A stretch of 64,000 nucleotides of DNA. It comes from an uncultured Chloroflexia bacterium. GTDB taxonomy: Bacteria; Chloroflexota; Limnocylindria; Limnocylindrales; CSP1-4. Below the pieces are notes generated by a model. That model saw nothing but the letters and a program-made list of their open reading frames with translations, did no database searches and had not been told where the DNA came from. Below, in pieces: positions 39,622 to 55,782 of this stretch (position 1 is the first letter of the stretch; the number at the start of each line of letters is the position of its first letter). The stretch lies in NCBI GenBank assembly GCA_963768655.1, contig CAVYIM010000003.1, positions 96,001 through 160,000 on the forward strand, written 5' to 3'. A program made the position numbers and the translations under genes.

Positions 39622-39852
39622 TTACCGCCAGAAGTGCGTCCCGTAGCCAATCAGCAGCAGGACGAAGGTCAGCCCGGCGAGGGCGGCCCAGAAGAGGACT
39701 GCGAGGCTCGTGGCCGTGGGGTTCATCTCCGTGTTGCGCAGCGGGGCTGCCCGCCAGCGGCGAGAGAGCAGACCCGCGCGCCAGTCACGGCCACTCTGCG
39801 GAGCGGGCCGCAGGCCACCCTGGCTGTCCGGACGATGCAACTGCAGAGTCAT
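39622..39852 (-). CDS. Small protein with a single C-terminal TM helix
   Basis: Ends MNPTATSLAVLFWAALAGLTFVLLLIGYGTHFWR with coding-like codon usage. Start is ATG 39852 (76 aa) or ATG 39726 (34 aa). Confidence 0.55.
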   Translation of the reverse strand: MTLQLHRPDSQGGLRPAPQSGRDWRAGLLSRRWRAAPLRNTEMNPTATSLAVLFWAALAGLTFVLLLIGYGTHFWR

Positions 39853-39916
39853 TGTTCCGCTGTCTCCTGTTTGCGCGATCGCGCGCGGCTGTCTGCGCGG
39901 CTCGGCATTCGGCCGT

Positions 39917-41028
39917 TCAGCGCCCTGACACGTCGACTGCCCGTGTGGGCCGTGCGAGGCCGGCTGGTTCGGCCGATCGGCCGTTGTCGCCTTCGCCCGG
40001 CGTGCGGTCGGTCTGGTTGTCGACGTCCCAGAGGAGCATCTCCTGGGTGAAGTGGACTTCGCTCGTGAACAGAGCGCCGACGGACTGGCCGCGGTGAATT
40101 CGGACGATCGCTTCGGCGATGAGCGGCGCCAGCGAGATGACTCTGATCTTGCCACCGCGCTTCTCCGGCGGGATCGGGATCGAGTCGGTTACGACAACCT
40201 CGCACAGCTGAGCCTGGTCGATGCGTTCTAGCGCTCCCTCCGACAACACGGCGTGGGTGGCGCAGGCGTACATCTCGGTCACGCCCTCACGCTCCAGGGC
40301 GTTGACGATCTGGATCAGCGTGCCGGCGGTGTCGATCTCGTCGTCGACGATGATGGCCCGCTTGCCACGCACGTCGCCGATGACGTTGAGGACCTCGGCC
40401 CTGTCCTGGTTGCCGATGCGGCGCTTCTCGACGATCGCCAGCGGCGCATCCATCAGTTCGGCGAAGGTGCGGGCGCGCTTGGCAAAGCCCAGGTCCGTGA
40501 CGACTACCAGGTTGTCGAGCTGCTTCTGGAGGAAGTGACCGGAGAGCAGGTGGACGGCGGTGAGCTCGTCCACCGGAATGTTGAAGAAGCCCTGGATCTG
40601 GCCCTGATGGAGGTCCACGGTCAGGAGGCGGTTTGCCCCGGCCACGGTGATCATGTCCGCGATCAGGCGAGCGGTGATGGGAACGCGCGGCTGGTCCTTC
40701 TTGTCAGAGCGGCCGTAGCCGTAGTACGGCACGACGGCGGTGATCCGACCGGCGCTGGCTCGCTTGAAGGCGTCGATCATGATGAGCAACTCCATGATCG
40801 ACTTGTTGACCGGGCGAGAGGTCGGCTGGATCAGGAAGACGTCCTTCTCGCGGGCGTTGTCGATGATCCGGACGAAGATGTTCTCGTTCGCGAATTCGAA
40901 GACTTCGGCTCGGCCCAGAACGATGTTCAGGTAGCGGCAGATGTTGCAGGCCAGCTCCGGGTTGGCGTTCCCGGTGTAGATGTCGTACTGGTCCGCGCCG
41001 ACCGCCGAACTGCGCAGTTCGCTGCCGC

Positions 41029-41032
<4 letters not shown>
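39917..41032 (-). CDS. prs: Ribose-phosphate pyrophosphokinase
   Basis: [26 protein letters not shown] and [11 protein letters not shown]. Confidence 0.96.
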
Positions 41033-43590
<2,558 letters not shown>

Positions 43591-43596
43591 GGTGCG

Positions 43597-44606
43597 CTAG
43601 TCCTCCGGGATGGCTTGGCTGGTCCGCGGCGCGGGAAGCGACCCGGAGCCGGCGGCGAGAAACGCGGCCGCGGTGGCGGCGGCGCGGGATGTGGCAGGGG
43701 CGCCGGGTCGGCGGCGGATGCCGTCCAGGCTGCTCCTCAGGGACGCGGCCGTTGCGGCGGGGAGCTTCGAGACGGAGTCGCGGATCACCCAGGCACGGTG
43801 GCCGTCGTCCGTTGCCCGCGCCGTTTCGGCCTCGGCTTCGAGGAAGCGAGTCGTGGCGGTAGGGTCCAGCTCGGCGAGGGTCCGCAATGCCCACGAAAGG
43901 GCCTTCTGGACGTCCGGCTCGGCATCGCCGATGGACTGACTCATGAGCGCGAGACCGCGCTCGACGACGATTGGGCCCCTGCCACCGGGGATGCCGCGGA
44001 CGTGGGGCAGCGTGGCTACGGTCGAGCCGACGAGGCGGCGCTCCCAGCGTGAAGGCGAATAGACCAGCTGGCCGAGCTCGGCCCAGCGGCGGGCGTCGAG
44101 CAGGATTCCCTCGCCGTACGGGTGGGCCAGCGTATCGACCGTGATCCACTCGTCCGCCTCGCCGGCCGCGCGGCGCAGGAGCTGCCACGCTCGCTCCGGG
44201 TCGGTGGGCAGCGCCCGTCCCAGATTCCCGATGCCGAACCAGCGGAGTTCGCGCAGGTCTTCGCGGAGCAGGCGGTCGATGACGTCGAGGAGGAGCGATG
44301 TCGACGTCTTGCGCGTGCCGCGCTTGAAGGCCTTTTGGGCGGCTTCGATGAGGGGCAGGCGAACGCCCAGCACGGGGCCGAGACCCGGAGCGATCGAACG
44401 CGAACCGTCCGCGTAGACGGGATCGGCGATTGTCTCGAAGCCCTGCTTCGCGGCGGCGACGAAGGCACCCGGGTCCTGGACGAGATCCGCCAACTCGTCG
44501 CCGAGAGCGGTGGCGCGGGCGATGTGCTCCACGACGAAGCGGTTGGAGGCGGCGGTGATGGCGGAGGTCGTGCCGGTCCTGGCGGCCGTGGCGGTGGCGG
44601 TGGGGC

Positions 44607-44610
<4 letters not shown>
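43597..44610 (-). CDS. DNA alkylation repair (AlkD-like HEAT-repeat) protein
   Basis: LGVRLP, WITVDTLA, SRWERR and VQKALSWALR. Confidence 0.8.
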
Positions 44611-48049
<3,439 letters not shown>

Positions 48050-48053
<4 letters not shown>

Positions 48054-48907
48054 GTGTCGCCTCCGCGGGAGGCACGGAGTTCCGCGTCGTCTTCACCGGC
48101 CACGCTGTCAGCAGCCCGGTGGGCGAGTTCCGCATGGACGGGCCGCCCATCGCGCGCCCGCATCTCCGCAGCGAGGGCGGCATAAGCCTCGGCGCCCTTG
48201 GAGTCGGGCCGGTATAGCGCGATCGGAAGGCCGTAGCTGGGCGCCTCCGAGAGGCGAACACTGCGCGGAATGATGGTGTCGAAGACCGTCGGCCCCAGGT
48301 ACTTGCGGACCTCGGCGTCGACCTCGGCAGACAGGTTCGTCCTTGGGTCGTACATGGTCAGCACGACGCCCTTGATCGCCAGGTCCGGATTGAGGTGATT
48401 CCTCACGAGGTTGATAGTCGCAATCAGCTGCGAAAGCCCCTCGAGCGCGTAGTACTCGCACTGGATCGGAATCACGACGGCGTCTGCGGCGGTCAGAGCG
48501 TTGACAGTCAGCAACCCCAATGACGGTGGACAATCCAGCACGATGTAGTCGTATGTGGAGACGAGCTCGGTGAGGATGCGGGCGAGACGGCGCTCGCGCT
48601 GAGGCAACGGCGCCAGTTCGACTTCCGCTCCGGCGAGGGATATCGACGAAGGCACGATCGAAAGGTTCGCGACGCTCGTCGAAACGACCAGGTCTGTGAC
48701 CCGGGCGTCTTCGATTATCGCCTCGTAGACGGAGTGCCCGATCTCGCCGCGATCCAACCCAAAGCCGCTTGTGGCATTGCCCTGGGGGTCAAGGTCGACT
48801 ACGAGAACGGAGTCTCCGGCGAGGGCCAGGTAAGTAGCCAGGTTGACTACTGTGGTGGTCTTGCCGACGCCACCCTTCTGGTTGGCGCAGGCGATGATCT
48901 GGCCCAC
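48050..48907 (-). CDS. parA: Chromosome partitioning ATPase ParA/Soj
   Basis: NQKGGVGKTTT, DLDPQGN, DCPPSLG and QCEYYALEG. Confidence 0.97.
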
Positions 48908-49164
48908 TCAGGTCCCCATTTCGGTGGTCGGAATGCGTGAATTCTAGCATTTCGGGTCGGTTTCCGAATTCCGGAGAGCCATCCGACGCTGCGCGAGCAA
49001 GGCTCGCGTCCGAACCGGCGGCCCGTCGGCGCCAGTCGACACCATAGGTGTAGGGTCTTCGCCGGGCCTTACTTCGCGCTTCACTACGGTCGATCAGTGG
49101 GCCGCCCGAGTCATGTCGTCCGCCACGGGCGGCGCCCTCCGACCACGCAGCTTGTCCACCAGCG

Positions 49165-49180
49165 CGTTTCACGTGAAACA
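49165..49180. other. parS site
   Basis: CGTTTCACGTGAAACA, 15/16 match to TGTTTCACGTGAAACA, about 260 bp upstream of parA. Confidence 0.9.
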
Positions 49181-49561
49181 GCTCCCAGCCGGGAGTCTCA
49201 GGTTTGGCCGTGGTGCGGCCAGTCCCGACCGAACTATCGACCCGTCGGCCGGGCCGCAGGGCGTGCCTTGCGGCTGGCCAGGTCCTCGTGGACGAACGGC
49301 GGGTTCGAGAGATGTCAGGGTCCGCCCAAGGCGCGGCTCGGTCTGGGGGGTGACAGTTCCCTCCCCGCCGGACGGACCCGTTCTGGTCTCGGTCGCCGGG
49401 AGGCCCTGACATGGAGCGTTGCCTTCGGACAACACGACGCCCGACGCCGACCCCGGCAAGGCCACTCCATGCTGCGACATTCCGCGAGATGAATCCCAGA
49501 CGATGCGACGTTCCCCGCGCCGGTCTCGCAAGGGGCTCGACCATGGCCCGCCCCGAGCCGT

Positions 49562-49590
49562 TTGTTCAGGATTGCCTTGCGGCCTATACT
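49562..49590 (+). promoter_or_regulatory. Promoter of mreD-mrdA-rodA
   Basis: TTGTTC-N17-TATACT. Confidence 0.65.
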
Positions 49591-49661
49591 CCCCAGGTCA
49601 TTCCGCCACCCGGCCCTTGCTGGCCGGAGGGCCTCCCATGTAAACCCCAAGATAGGCCTCA

Positions 49662-50159
49662 ATGGGTCCCGTACTCGCCGCGGTCGGCGCTGCAATAGCG
49701 GCCCTAATGGAAGTGACGGTCGCCTCGCGGATCCACCTTGCCGACGCGCAACCTCAGATCGTCTTCGTGATCGCAGTCCTCCTCGCGCTTATCATCGGAT
49801 TCGAGGAGGGAATGGCGTGGGCATTCGTCGGCGGGCTCTTCGTCGATCTTCTCACTCTCCGACCGCTGGGCTCGACCGTCTTCGGTCTGCTGGTGGTCGT
49901 CGGCTTGGCTGCAGCAATCAACCCCATCCTGGTTCGTATTCGCTTCGCCAGCCCTCTGGTCGCAGTAATCGTGTTCACTCCGGTGTTCATCGTCCTTTCG
50001 ACCGTGACGGCCGGCCTGCTTCGGCCGCCGGCTCCCGCGCTGCGTCTCTCGTACCTGGCCGCGGCGACGCTGCTAAACGTCACGTTCGGAGCATTTGTCG
50101 CCCCTCTGTTCATGGCCGTCCGCAGGCGGTGGGAGCAGAAGGAGCGCCTCAGCTGGTGA
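49662..50159 (+). CDS. mreD: Rod shape-determining protein MreD
   Basis: About 5 TM helices, AFVGGLFVDLLTLRPLG; directly upstream of mrdA. Confidence 0.85.
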   Translation: MGPVLAAVGAAIAALMEVTVASRIHLADAQPQIVFVIAVLLALIIGFEEGMAWAFVGGLFVDLLTLRPLGSTVFGLLVVVGLAAAINPILVRIRFASPLVAVIVFTPVFIVLSTVTAGLLRPPAPALRLSYLAAATLLNVTFGAFVAPLFMAVRRRWEQKERLSW

Positions 50160-50169
50160 GGAGGCGCCC

Positions 50170-52170
50170 GTGAGCGTCCGGATCGACAAACCGTCCGTCA
50201 CTTCCAAGAACGTCTATAAATTCGGCTCGTTCGCGCTGGCGATCGTCGTCGCAGTGGCTGCCCTGAGCGTGCGCATGTTCGACTTGCAGGTCATCCAGGG
50301 CCAGCAGAGCTACACGATTCCACAGGGGGGGTCGGCCGAGACGATCTCCGTGCCGGCCAGTCGCGGGTTGATCTTTGACGCGAACAACTACCCCCTGGTC
50401 CAGAACCTCCCGAACTTCGTCGTCCAGATCGTGCCCGGCCTGCTGCCGGTGGACCAGAAGCCCGTCGTCGTACGAAGGCTCGCCTCCCTGCTGAACATGG
50501 ATCCCGTCGCGATCGACCAGGCGCTCGACAGCTCGAACGGCTCCCTGTACGCCCCGGTCGAGATAGCAGGAAACGTCGATACGAACACTTCGCGAGTCAT
50601 CGCCGAGAACGGCGACCTCCTGCCGGGAGTGCAGGTCGTGTCTGAGCCGTTGCGCCAGTACACCGATGGGGACTACCCGACGCAGCTGCAACCGGGAACT
50701 ACCCGTCAGCCGCTCTTCAGCGACGTGCTGGGCTACACCGGCAAGATCTCGGGGCAGCTCAGCGCCGCCCAGAAGGCCGCCGGCTATTCGGAGGGCGACG
50801 TTACGGGGCTGGCTGGCCTGGAGCTCCAGTACGAAAGCCAGCTCCGCGGCACGCCCGGCAAGGAGACGGTCGCCCTCGACAGCAACGGCCAGATAATCCC
50901 GGGGTTGACGACGGCCGTAACGCCGCCCGTTCCCGGTGATTCGTTGACTCTGAGCATCAGCAGCAAGGAGCAGTACCTGGCCTACAACGCCCTCCTGTGG
51001 GGGCTCGAGGCCACCAAGGACAAGATGGGCGGCGTGATCATCGTCGAGAACCCGCAGAACGGCCAGATCCTGGCCATGGTCAGCCTGCCGAGCTACGACG
51101 ACAACGTCGTCCCTGCACAGCTAACCCAGGCCCAGTACCAGGCCATGCTCGACGACCCGGCAATGCCACTCGTCAACAAGGCCATCAGCGAGCAATACCC
51201 GCCCGGCTCGACGTACAAGCTGGTCACTGGGACGGCCGGGCTCCAGGGAGACCCGTTGACGGGTCAACCGCCGTCGATCACGGCTTCCACCCAGATCCTG
51301 TCGCAGCCATACATTCAGATCGGCGACGAGCGGTTCTATGAATGGAACCACGTGGGCTGGGGGCTCCTCACTATCATCACGGGTCTGGCAAACTCGAGCG
51401 ACACCTTCTTCTACCAGCTGACCCAGAAGATCGGCCTGCAGTCGCTGACCGACTGGGCGAAGCTGTACGGGTTCGGAGAGCCGACAGGGATAGATCTACC
51501 GAACGAAGTTGGCGGCATCGTGCCCGACAATGTGTGGAAGCAGGCTGCATACGGGCCCGGCAACACGATGTACCCGGGCGAGATCGTCCAGGCGGGCATC
51601 GGGCAAGGCTACGACGCCGCGACTCCACTGCAACTTCTGAACGCCTACTGTGCGCTGGCCAACGGCGGGAATCTGTGGCAGCCGACCGTGGTCAAGTCCA
51701 TCACGGCTCCGGACGGTACCGTGACGCCCGTGACGCCGACCCTGATCCGCAAGATCCCGGCGTCGGCGCAGACGCTGGAGACGATGCGCCAGGGGACGCG
51801 GGAGGTCGTGCTCATCCACCACACCTACAACCTGGTCGACCTCCCGATCATGGTCGCCGGCAAGACCGGCACCGCCGAGTTCGGCCAGATGGTAAACGGG
51901 AAACTGCCATACCACGAGTGGTTCGTTGGTTACACGCCGGGGAACCCCGTTACCGGCAGCTTCGACGGCACCGACTCCCAGCTGGCGGTGGTCGCTTTCC
52001 TGTACGGTGCGGACTCCTGGGGTGACGTCGCCACCGAGATCGTGAAGTACTACCTGTGGGAGCACTACGGCCTGCCGGGCAGCCCCCTCAACCAGAGCTA
52101 CCCCGGGCACGTGAACCTGTGGGCCTCCAAGATCACCAACAACTACAACCTCACTGCCAACAACCACTGA
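50170..52170 (+). CDS. mrdA: Penicillin-binding protein 2
   Basis: ASRGLIFD, GQILAMVSLPSYD, YPPGSTYK (SxxK), SSD and AGKTGTAE; SD GAGGAGG before the GTG. Confidence 0.95.
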   Translation: MSVRIDKPSVTSKNVYKFGSFALAIVVAVAALSVRMFDLQVIQGQQSYTIPQGGSAETISVPASRGLIFDANNYPLVQNLPNFVVQIVPGLLPVDQKPVVVRRLASLLNMDPVAIDQALDSSNGSLYAPVEIAGNVDTNTSRVIAENGDLLPGVQVVSEPLRQYTDGDYPTQLQPGTTRQPLFSDVLGYTGKISGQLSAAQKAAGYSEGDVTGLAGLELQYESQLRGTPGKETVALDSNGQIIPGLTTAVTPPVPGDSLTLSISSKEQYLAYNALLWGLEATKDKMGGVIIVENPQNGQILAMVSLPSYDDNVVPAQLTQAQYQAMLDDPAMPLVNKAISEQYPPGSTYKLVTGTAGLQGDPLTGQPPSITASTQILSQPYIQIGDERFYEWNHVGWGLLTIITGLANSSDTFFYQLTQKIGLQSLTDWAKLYGFGEPTGIDLPNEVGGIVPDNVWKQAAYGPGNTMYPGEIVQAGIGQGYDAATPLQLLNAYCALANGGNLWQPTVVKSITAPDGTVTPVTPTLIRKIPASAQTLETMRQGTREVVLIHHTYNLVDLPIMVAGKTGTAEFGQMVNGKLPYHEWFVGYTPGNPVTGSFDGTDSQLAVVAFLYGADSWGDVATEIVKYYLWEHYGLPGSPLNQSYPGHVNLWASKITNNYNLTANNH

Positions 52171-52186
52171 TCGACACGACCGATCC

Positions 52187-53341
52187 ATGAACATATTCCG
52201 CTCGGAGCCGATGAGGGTCCGGTCTTGGGCTCCCAGGGCCGCGTCGCTTACGTGGCGCCTCTACGACTTCCAGCTGACGACCTACGCGGTCCTGCTGCTG
52301 CTGTTCGGTCTCGCCATGGCCTACAGCAACAGTGTGGGGGCCACACACACGACCCTGTCGCCAGGCTCGCCCTTCGTCCGCTATTTGATGTGGTCCGTGA
52401 TCGCCATCGTGGTGTTCCTGATTGCCACGGTATTTGACTACAAGTGGCTCCGGACGTTCGCTTGGCCGATCTACTTCGTCAATGTGGCGCTGCTCATCGC
52501 ATCGCTGCGGTTCGGGCACAGCACGGGCAATGCCGGCACGTCGGCCCGATGGATCGAGATCGCCGGGTTCCAGCTCCAGTTCAGCGAGCTTGCCAAGATC
52601 CTGATGATCATCGTGTTCGCCGCATTTCTGGCCGGCCGTGGAGCGAAGGTGAAGTCGGTCTGGACGGTGATCGGGGCGATCATCATCCTGGTTCCGCCGT
52701 GGATCCTGGTCATGCTCCAGCCCGACCTCGGAACGTCGCTGGTGCTGGTTGGGACCCTGGCTGGCATGTTGTTCATGTCCGGCGTCAGCCTGCGCTGGCT
52801 CGGAACGCTGGCGGCCGCGGTCACGGCCGCCATACCGTTCGTCTGGCAGAGGCTCGTCCCGTACCAGCAGGCGCGCCTCCTGGCCTTGCTCAATCAGGGG
52901 CAGGACCCGCGGGGCAGTGGATACCAGCTGATCCAGGCCGAGACGGCGGTGAACGCGGGCGGCGCCTGGGGCAAGGGCCTCACCAACGGCACCGTGCCGC
53001 TGCCGGTGCAAACGACCGACTTCGTATGGGGCCTCCTGGCCGAGGAACTCGGGTTTGTGGGCGCGATGGTCGTCCTCGCGCTCTTCGTCGCCCTGATGTG
53101 GCGCCTGCTCGTCTGCTCGTGGCGATCGTCGGATCCGTTCGCCGTTCTCCTGGGTTGCGGTCTCGCGTCGATGATGCTGTTCCAAGTGTTCGTCAACGTC
53201 GGAATGGTGCTCGGCCTGATGCCGATCACTGGCATCCCGCTGCCCTTCATCACCTACGGAGGCGCGTCCCTGGTGAGCATCATGGGCGGGCTGGGGGTCC
53301 TGCAGAGCACCAACCTGAGACGCGAGCCGCCCGCCTGGTAG
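52187..53341 (+). CDS. rodA: SEDS peptidoglycan polymerase RodA
   Basis: QFSELAK, QPDLGT, GYQLIQ, TDF...AEELG and PITGIPLPFITYGG. Confidence 0.95.
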   Translation: MNIFRSEPMRVRSWAPRAASLTWRLYDFQLTTYAVLLLLFGLAMAYSNSVGATHTTLSPGSPFVRYLMWSVIAIVVFLIATVFDYKWLRTFAWPIYFVNVALLIASLRFGHSTGNAGTSARWIEIAGFQLQFSELAKILMIIVFAAFLAGRGAKVKSVWTVIGAIIILVPPWILVMLQPDLGTSLVLVGTLAGMLFMSGVSLRWLGTLAAAVTAAIPFVWQRLVPYQQARLLALLNQGQDPRGSGYQLIQAETAVNAGGAWGKGLTNGTVPLPVQTTDFVWGLLAEELGFVGAMVVLALFVALMWRLLVCSWRSSDPFAVLLGCGLASMMLFQVFVNVGMVLGLMPITGIPLPFITYGGASLVSIMGGLGVLQSTNLRREPPAW

Positions 53342-53412
53342 GCCCGCTGGCGGTAGCCAGGGCCAGGGCGCGATACGCACGACAGAGGGGATACGGCCCA
53401 CTCGAACGGCCG

Positions 53413-53441
53413 TTGCCGGACGCGACGGCCGCGCGTAGACT
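53413..53441 (+). promoter_or_regulatory. Promoter of the radical SAM operon
   Basis: TTGCCG-N17-TAGACT. Confidence 0.55.
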
Positions 53442-53514
53442 CGGCCACTCGACGCCGATCGCCCGAACTCCGTAGGTACGCCGGCCCAGTTCCCCGCCCC
53501 ACCCGCCACGAGCG

Positions 53515-55782
53515 ATGACCACAGTCCTGCCCACCGCCCCAATGCCGCCCCGTACGGATCAGAGCGGGCTGCAATACGCCCCTTCTCCGCTCCCGTCGCT
53601 TGCCCTGGAGCGGGCGCTGGGCCGCGTCCGCAAGCCCGGCCGCTACGCCGGCGGCGAGTGGAACTCCGTCCAGAAGGACTGGACCTCCGTTACGCTGAAG
53701 TGGTGCTTTGCCTATCCCGACTTGTACGAGATCGGGATGAGCAACCTCGGCCTGCGGATCCTCTACGAGATCCTCAACGACCGGCCCGATCGACTGGCCG
53801 AACGCTGCTTCGCGCCCGATGTCGACCTCCAGGCGGAGCTTCGATCGGCTCGGCTACCGCTCTGGAGCCTGGAGACCCGGCGGGCCCTGCGCGACTTCGA
53901 CGTCCTGGGCATAAGTCTCGGGTACGAGCTCACCTACACGAACCTGCTGGACATGCTCGACCTGGGCGGCGTTTCACTCACGGCCGGGGAGCGCACGGAG
54001 GCCGATCCGCTCGTGATCGCCGGCGGCTCGAGCGTGCTCAATCCCGAGCCCATCGCCGACTACTTGGACGCCGTTCTGCTGGGTGAGGGCGAGGAGGCCG
54101 TCCTGGAGATAAGCGACGCCCTGGAGCGAATCGGCTGGCCCCGCCGCCGCGAGTCCACCGGAGAGTGGCACCGGGGAGCGGCCCGTGCCGACGCCCTGAA
54201 GGTCCTCGCGCGCGTCCCCGGCGTGTACGTTCCGTCTCTGTATCGCCCCCACTACGACTCGGACGGAATCTTCGGCGGACTGGAGCCGCTCGCCGTTGAG
54301 GCGCCGCCGCAGATCACCGGCCGCATCGCCGCCGACTTCGAAACCGAAGTCCACGGCATTCGCCAGCTAGTGCCCAACATCGCCATCGTCTTCGACCGTG
54401 CTCAGCTGGAGGTGATGCGCGGCTGCACTCGCGGCTGCCGCTTCTGCCAGGCCGGAATCAACTACCGGCCGCTTCGGGAGCGCGCCCCTGACGTGGCGAT
54501 CGCGGCCGCCGGTGCGATCCTCGACGCGACCGGCTACGAGGAGATCGGCCTGACCAGCCTTTCGACCGCTGACTATACGTACGTGAACGAGGTGGCGACG
54601 ACCCTCCACCGTCTCCGCCCCGAGGCGACTGTCTCTCTGCCGAGCACGCGCGTGGATGCCTTCACCGTGGAGCTGGTCGACGCCATAGTCTCCAACGGCC
54701 GGCGCGGTGGGTTCACGTTCGCGCCGGAGGCCGGCAGCCAGCGGCTGCGGGACGGCATCAACAAAGGAGTGAGCGACGAGGAGATCGCCCGCTGCGCCGA
54801 GCTCGCTTTTCGGCGCGGCTGGAGTGCGCTCAAGCTCTACTTCATGATCGGGCTGCCGGGCGAGACGATGGACGACGTCCTGGCGATTGCCGACATCTGT
54901 CAGCGGGTTCTGCAGGTGGGCCGGCGGCATCACGGCGGCAAAGCCCAGGTGAAGGCGAACGTCTCCACCTTCGTGCCCAAGGTTGCGACGCCGTTCATGT
55001 GGTCCGGCCAGGACACGACAGCCGAGATCGAGGCCAAGGTTGCCGCTCTACGCAAGGCGATGCACGGTCGAGGTCTGGACCTGCGATGGAGCGACCCGCG
55101 GAGCTCGATCCTGGAGGCCGCGCTGGGGCGGGGCGATCGCCGGCTCAACGCCGTCGTCAGGCGGGCATGGCTCGCGGGGGCGAGATTCGACGCCTGGGAC
55201 GAGCACTTCAGCTACGACCGTTGGCTGGTGGCCTTCGAGGAGGAAGGTCTGGATCCGGCCTGGTATGCGCAGCGCGACATCCCGGTCGATGAACCGCTGC
55301 CGTGGGACCATCTCAGCTGCGGCGTAACGCGCGAATTCCTGGCTCGTGACTACCGCCGCGCTCTGTCAGGCAAGAACGCGGCTGACTGCCACTGGGGTCC
55401 GTGTTACAACTGTGGCGTGCCGGCGGCGACGGGATTCAGATGCCAGACCGGCGAGCAGGGCCCTCGGGCGCTGCTGGTGCGACCGGAGACCGTTGGGGTC
55501 GAGCCGGGCGACCGTGTCGTCGCCGCAACGAAGTCGGGCCGGTGGCGTTACGTCGGGCCGCCGGGCGATCCGCGGCGGCAGGGCGCGGTGGCCGGCTCGG
55601 CGGAATGCGGAGAAGGTGCGGCCGAACGCGGCGCCGGCGCGACCGACGGGTCGGCCCGGCCCGAGGCAGCGGCATCATCCTGGCCATACAACCTCATGGG
55701 GACCAAGGTGCAGTCGAAGAGCGCAGGACTCTCGGGTCTGGCGTCGCTGGTGGAGGCGGCCGGCGGCGAGTCCACGGGGTGA
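53515..55782 (+). CDS. TIGR03960-type radical SAM protein
   Basis: KPGRYAGGEWN, YPDLYEIGMSNLG, RGCTRGCRFC, FAPEAGSQRLR, LPWDH and C-terminal C..CYNCGV. Confidence 0.9.
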   Translation: MTTVLPTAPMPPRTDQSGLQYAPSPLPSLALERALGRVRKPGRYAGGEWNSVQKDWTSVTLKWCFAYPDLYEIGMSNLGLRILYEILNDRPDRLAERCFAPDVDLQAELRSARLPLWSLETRRALRDFDVLGISLGYELTYTNLLDMLDLGGVSLTAGERTEADPLVIAGGSSVLNPEPIADYLDAVLLGEGEEAVLEISDALERIGWPRRRESTGEWHRGAARADALKVLARVPGVYVPSLYRPHYDSDGIFGGLEPLAVEAPPQITGRIAADFETEVHGIRQLVPNIAIVFDRAQLEVMRGCTRGCRFCQAGINYRPLRERAPDVAIAAAGAILDATGYEEIGLTSLSTADYTYVNEVATTLHRLRPEATVSLPSTRVDAFTVELVDAIVSNGRRGGFTFAPEAGSQRLRDGINKGVSDEEIARCAELAFRRGWSALKLYFMIGLPGETMDDVLAIADICQRVLQVGRRHHGGKAQVKANVSTFVPKVATPFMWSGQDTTAEIEAKVAALRKAMHGRGLDLRWSDPRSSILEAALGRGDRRLNAVVRRAWLAGARFDAWDEHFSYDRWLVAFEEEGLDPAWYAQRDIPVDEPLPWDHLSCGVTREFLARDYRRALSGKNAADCHWGPCYNCGVPAATGFRCQTGEQGPRALLVRPETVGVEPGDRVVAATKSGRWRYVGPPGDPRRQGAVAGSAECGEGAAERGAGATDGSARPEAAASSWPYNLMGTKVQSKSAGLSGLASLVEAAGGESTG

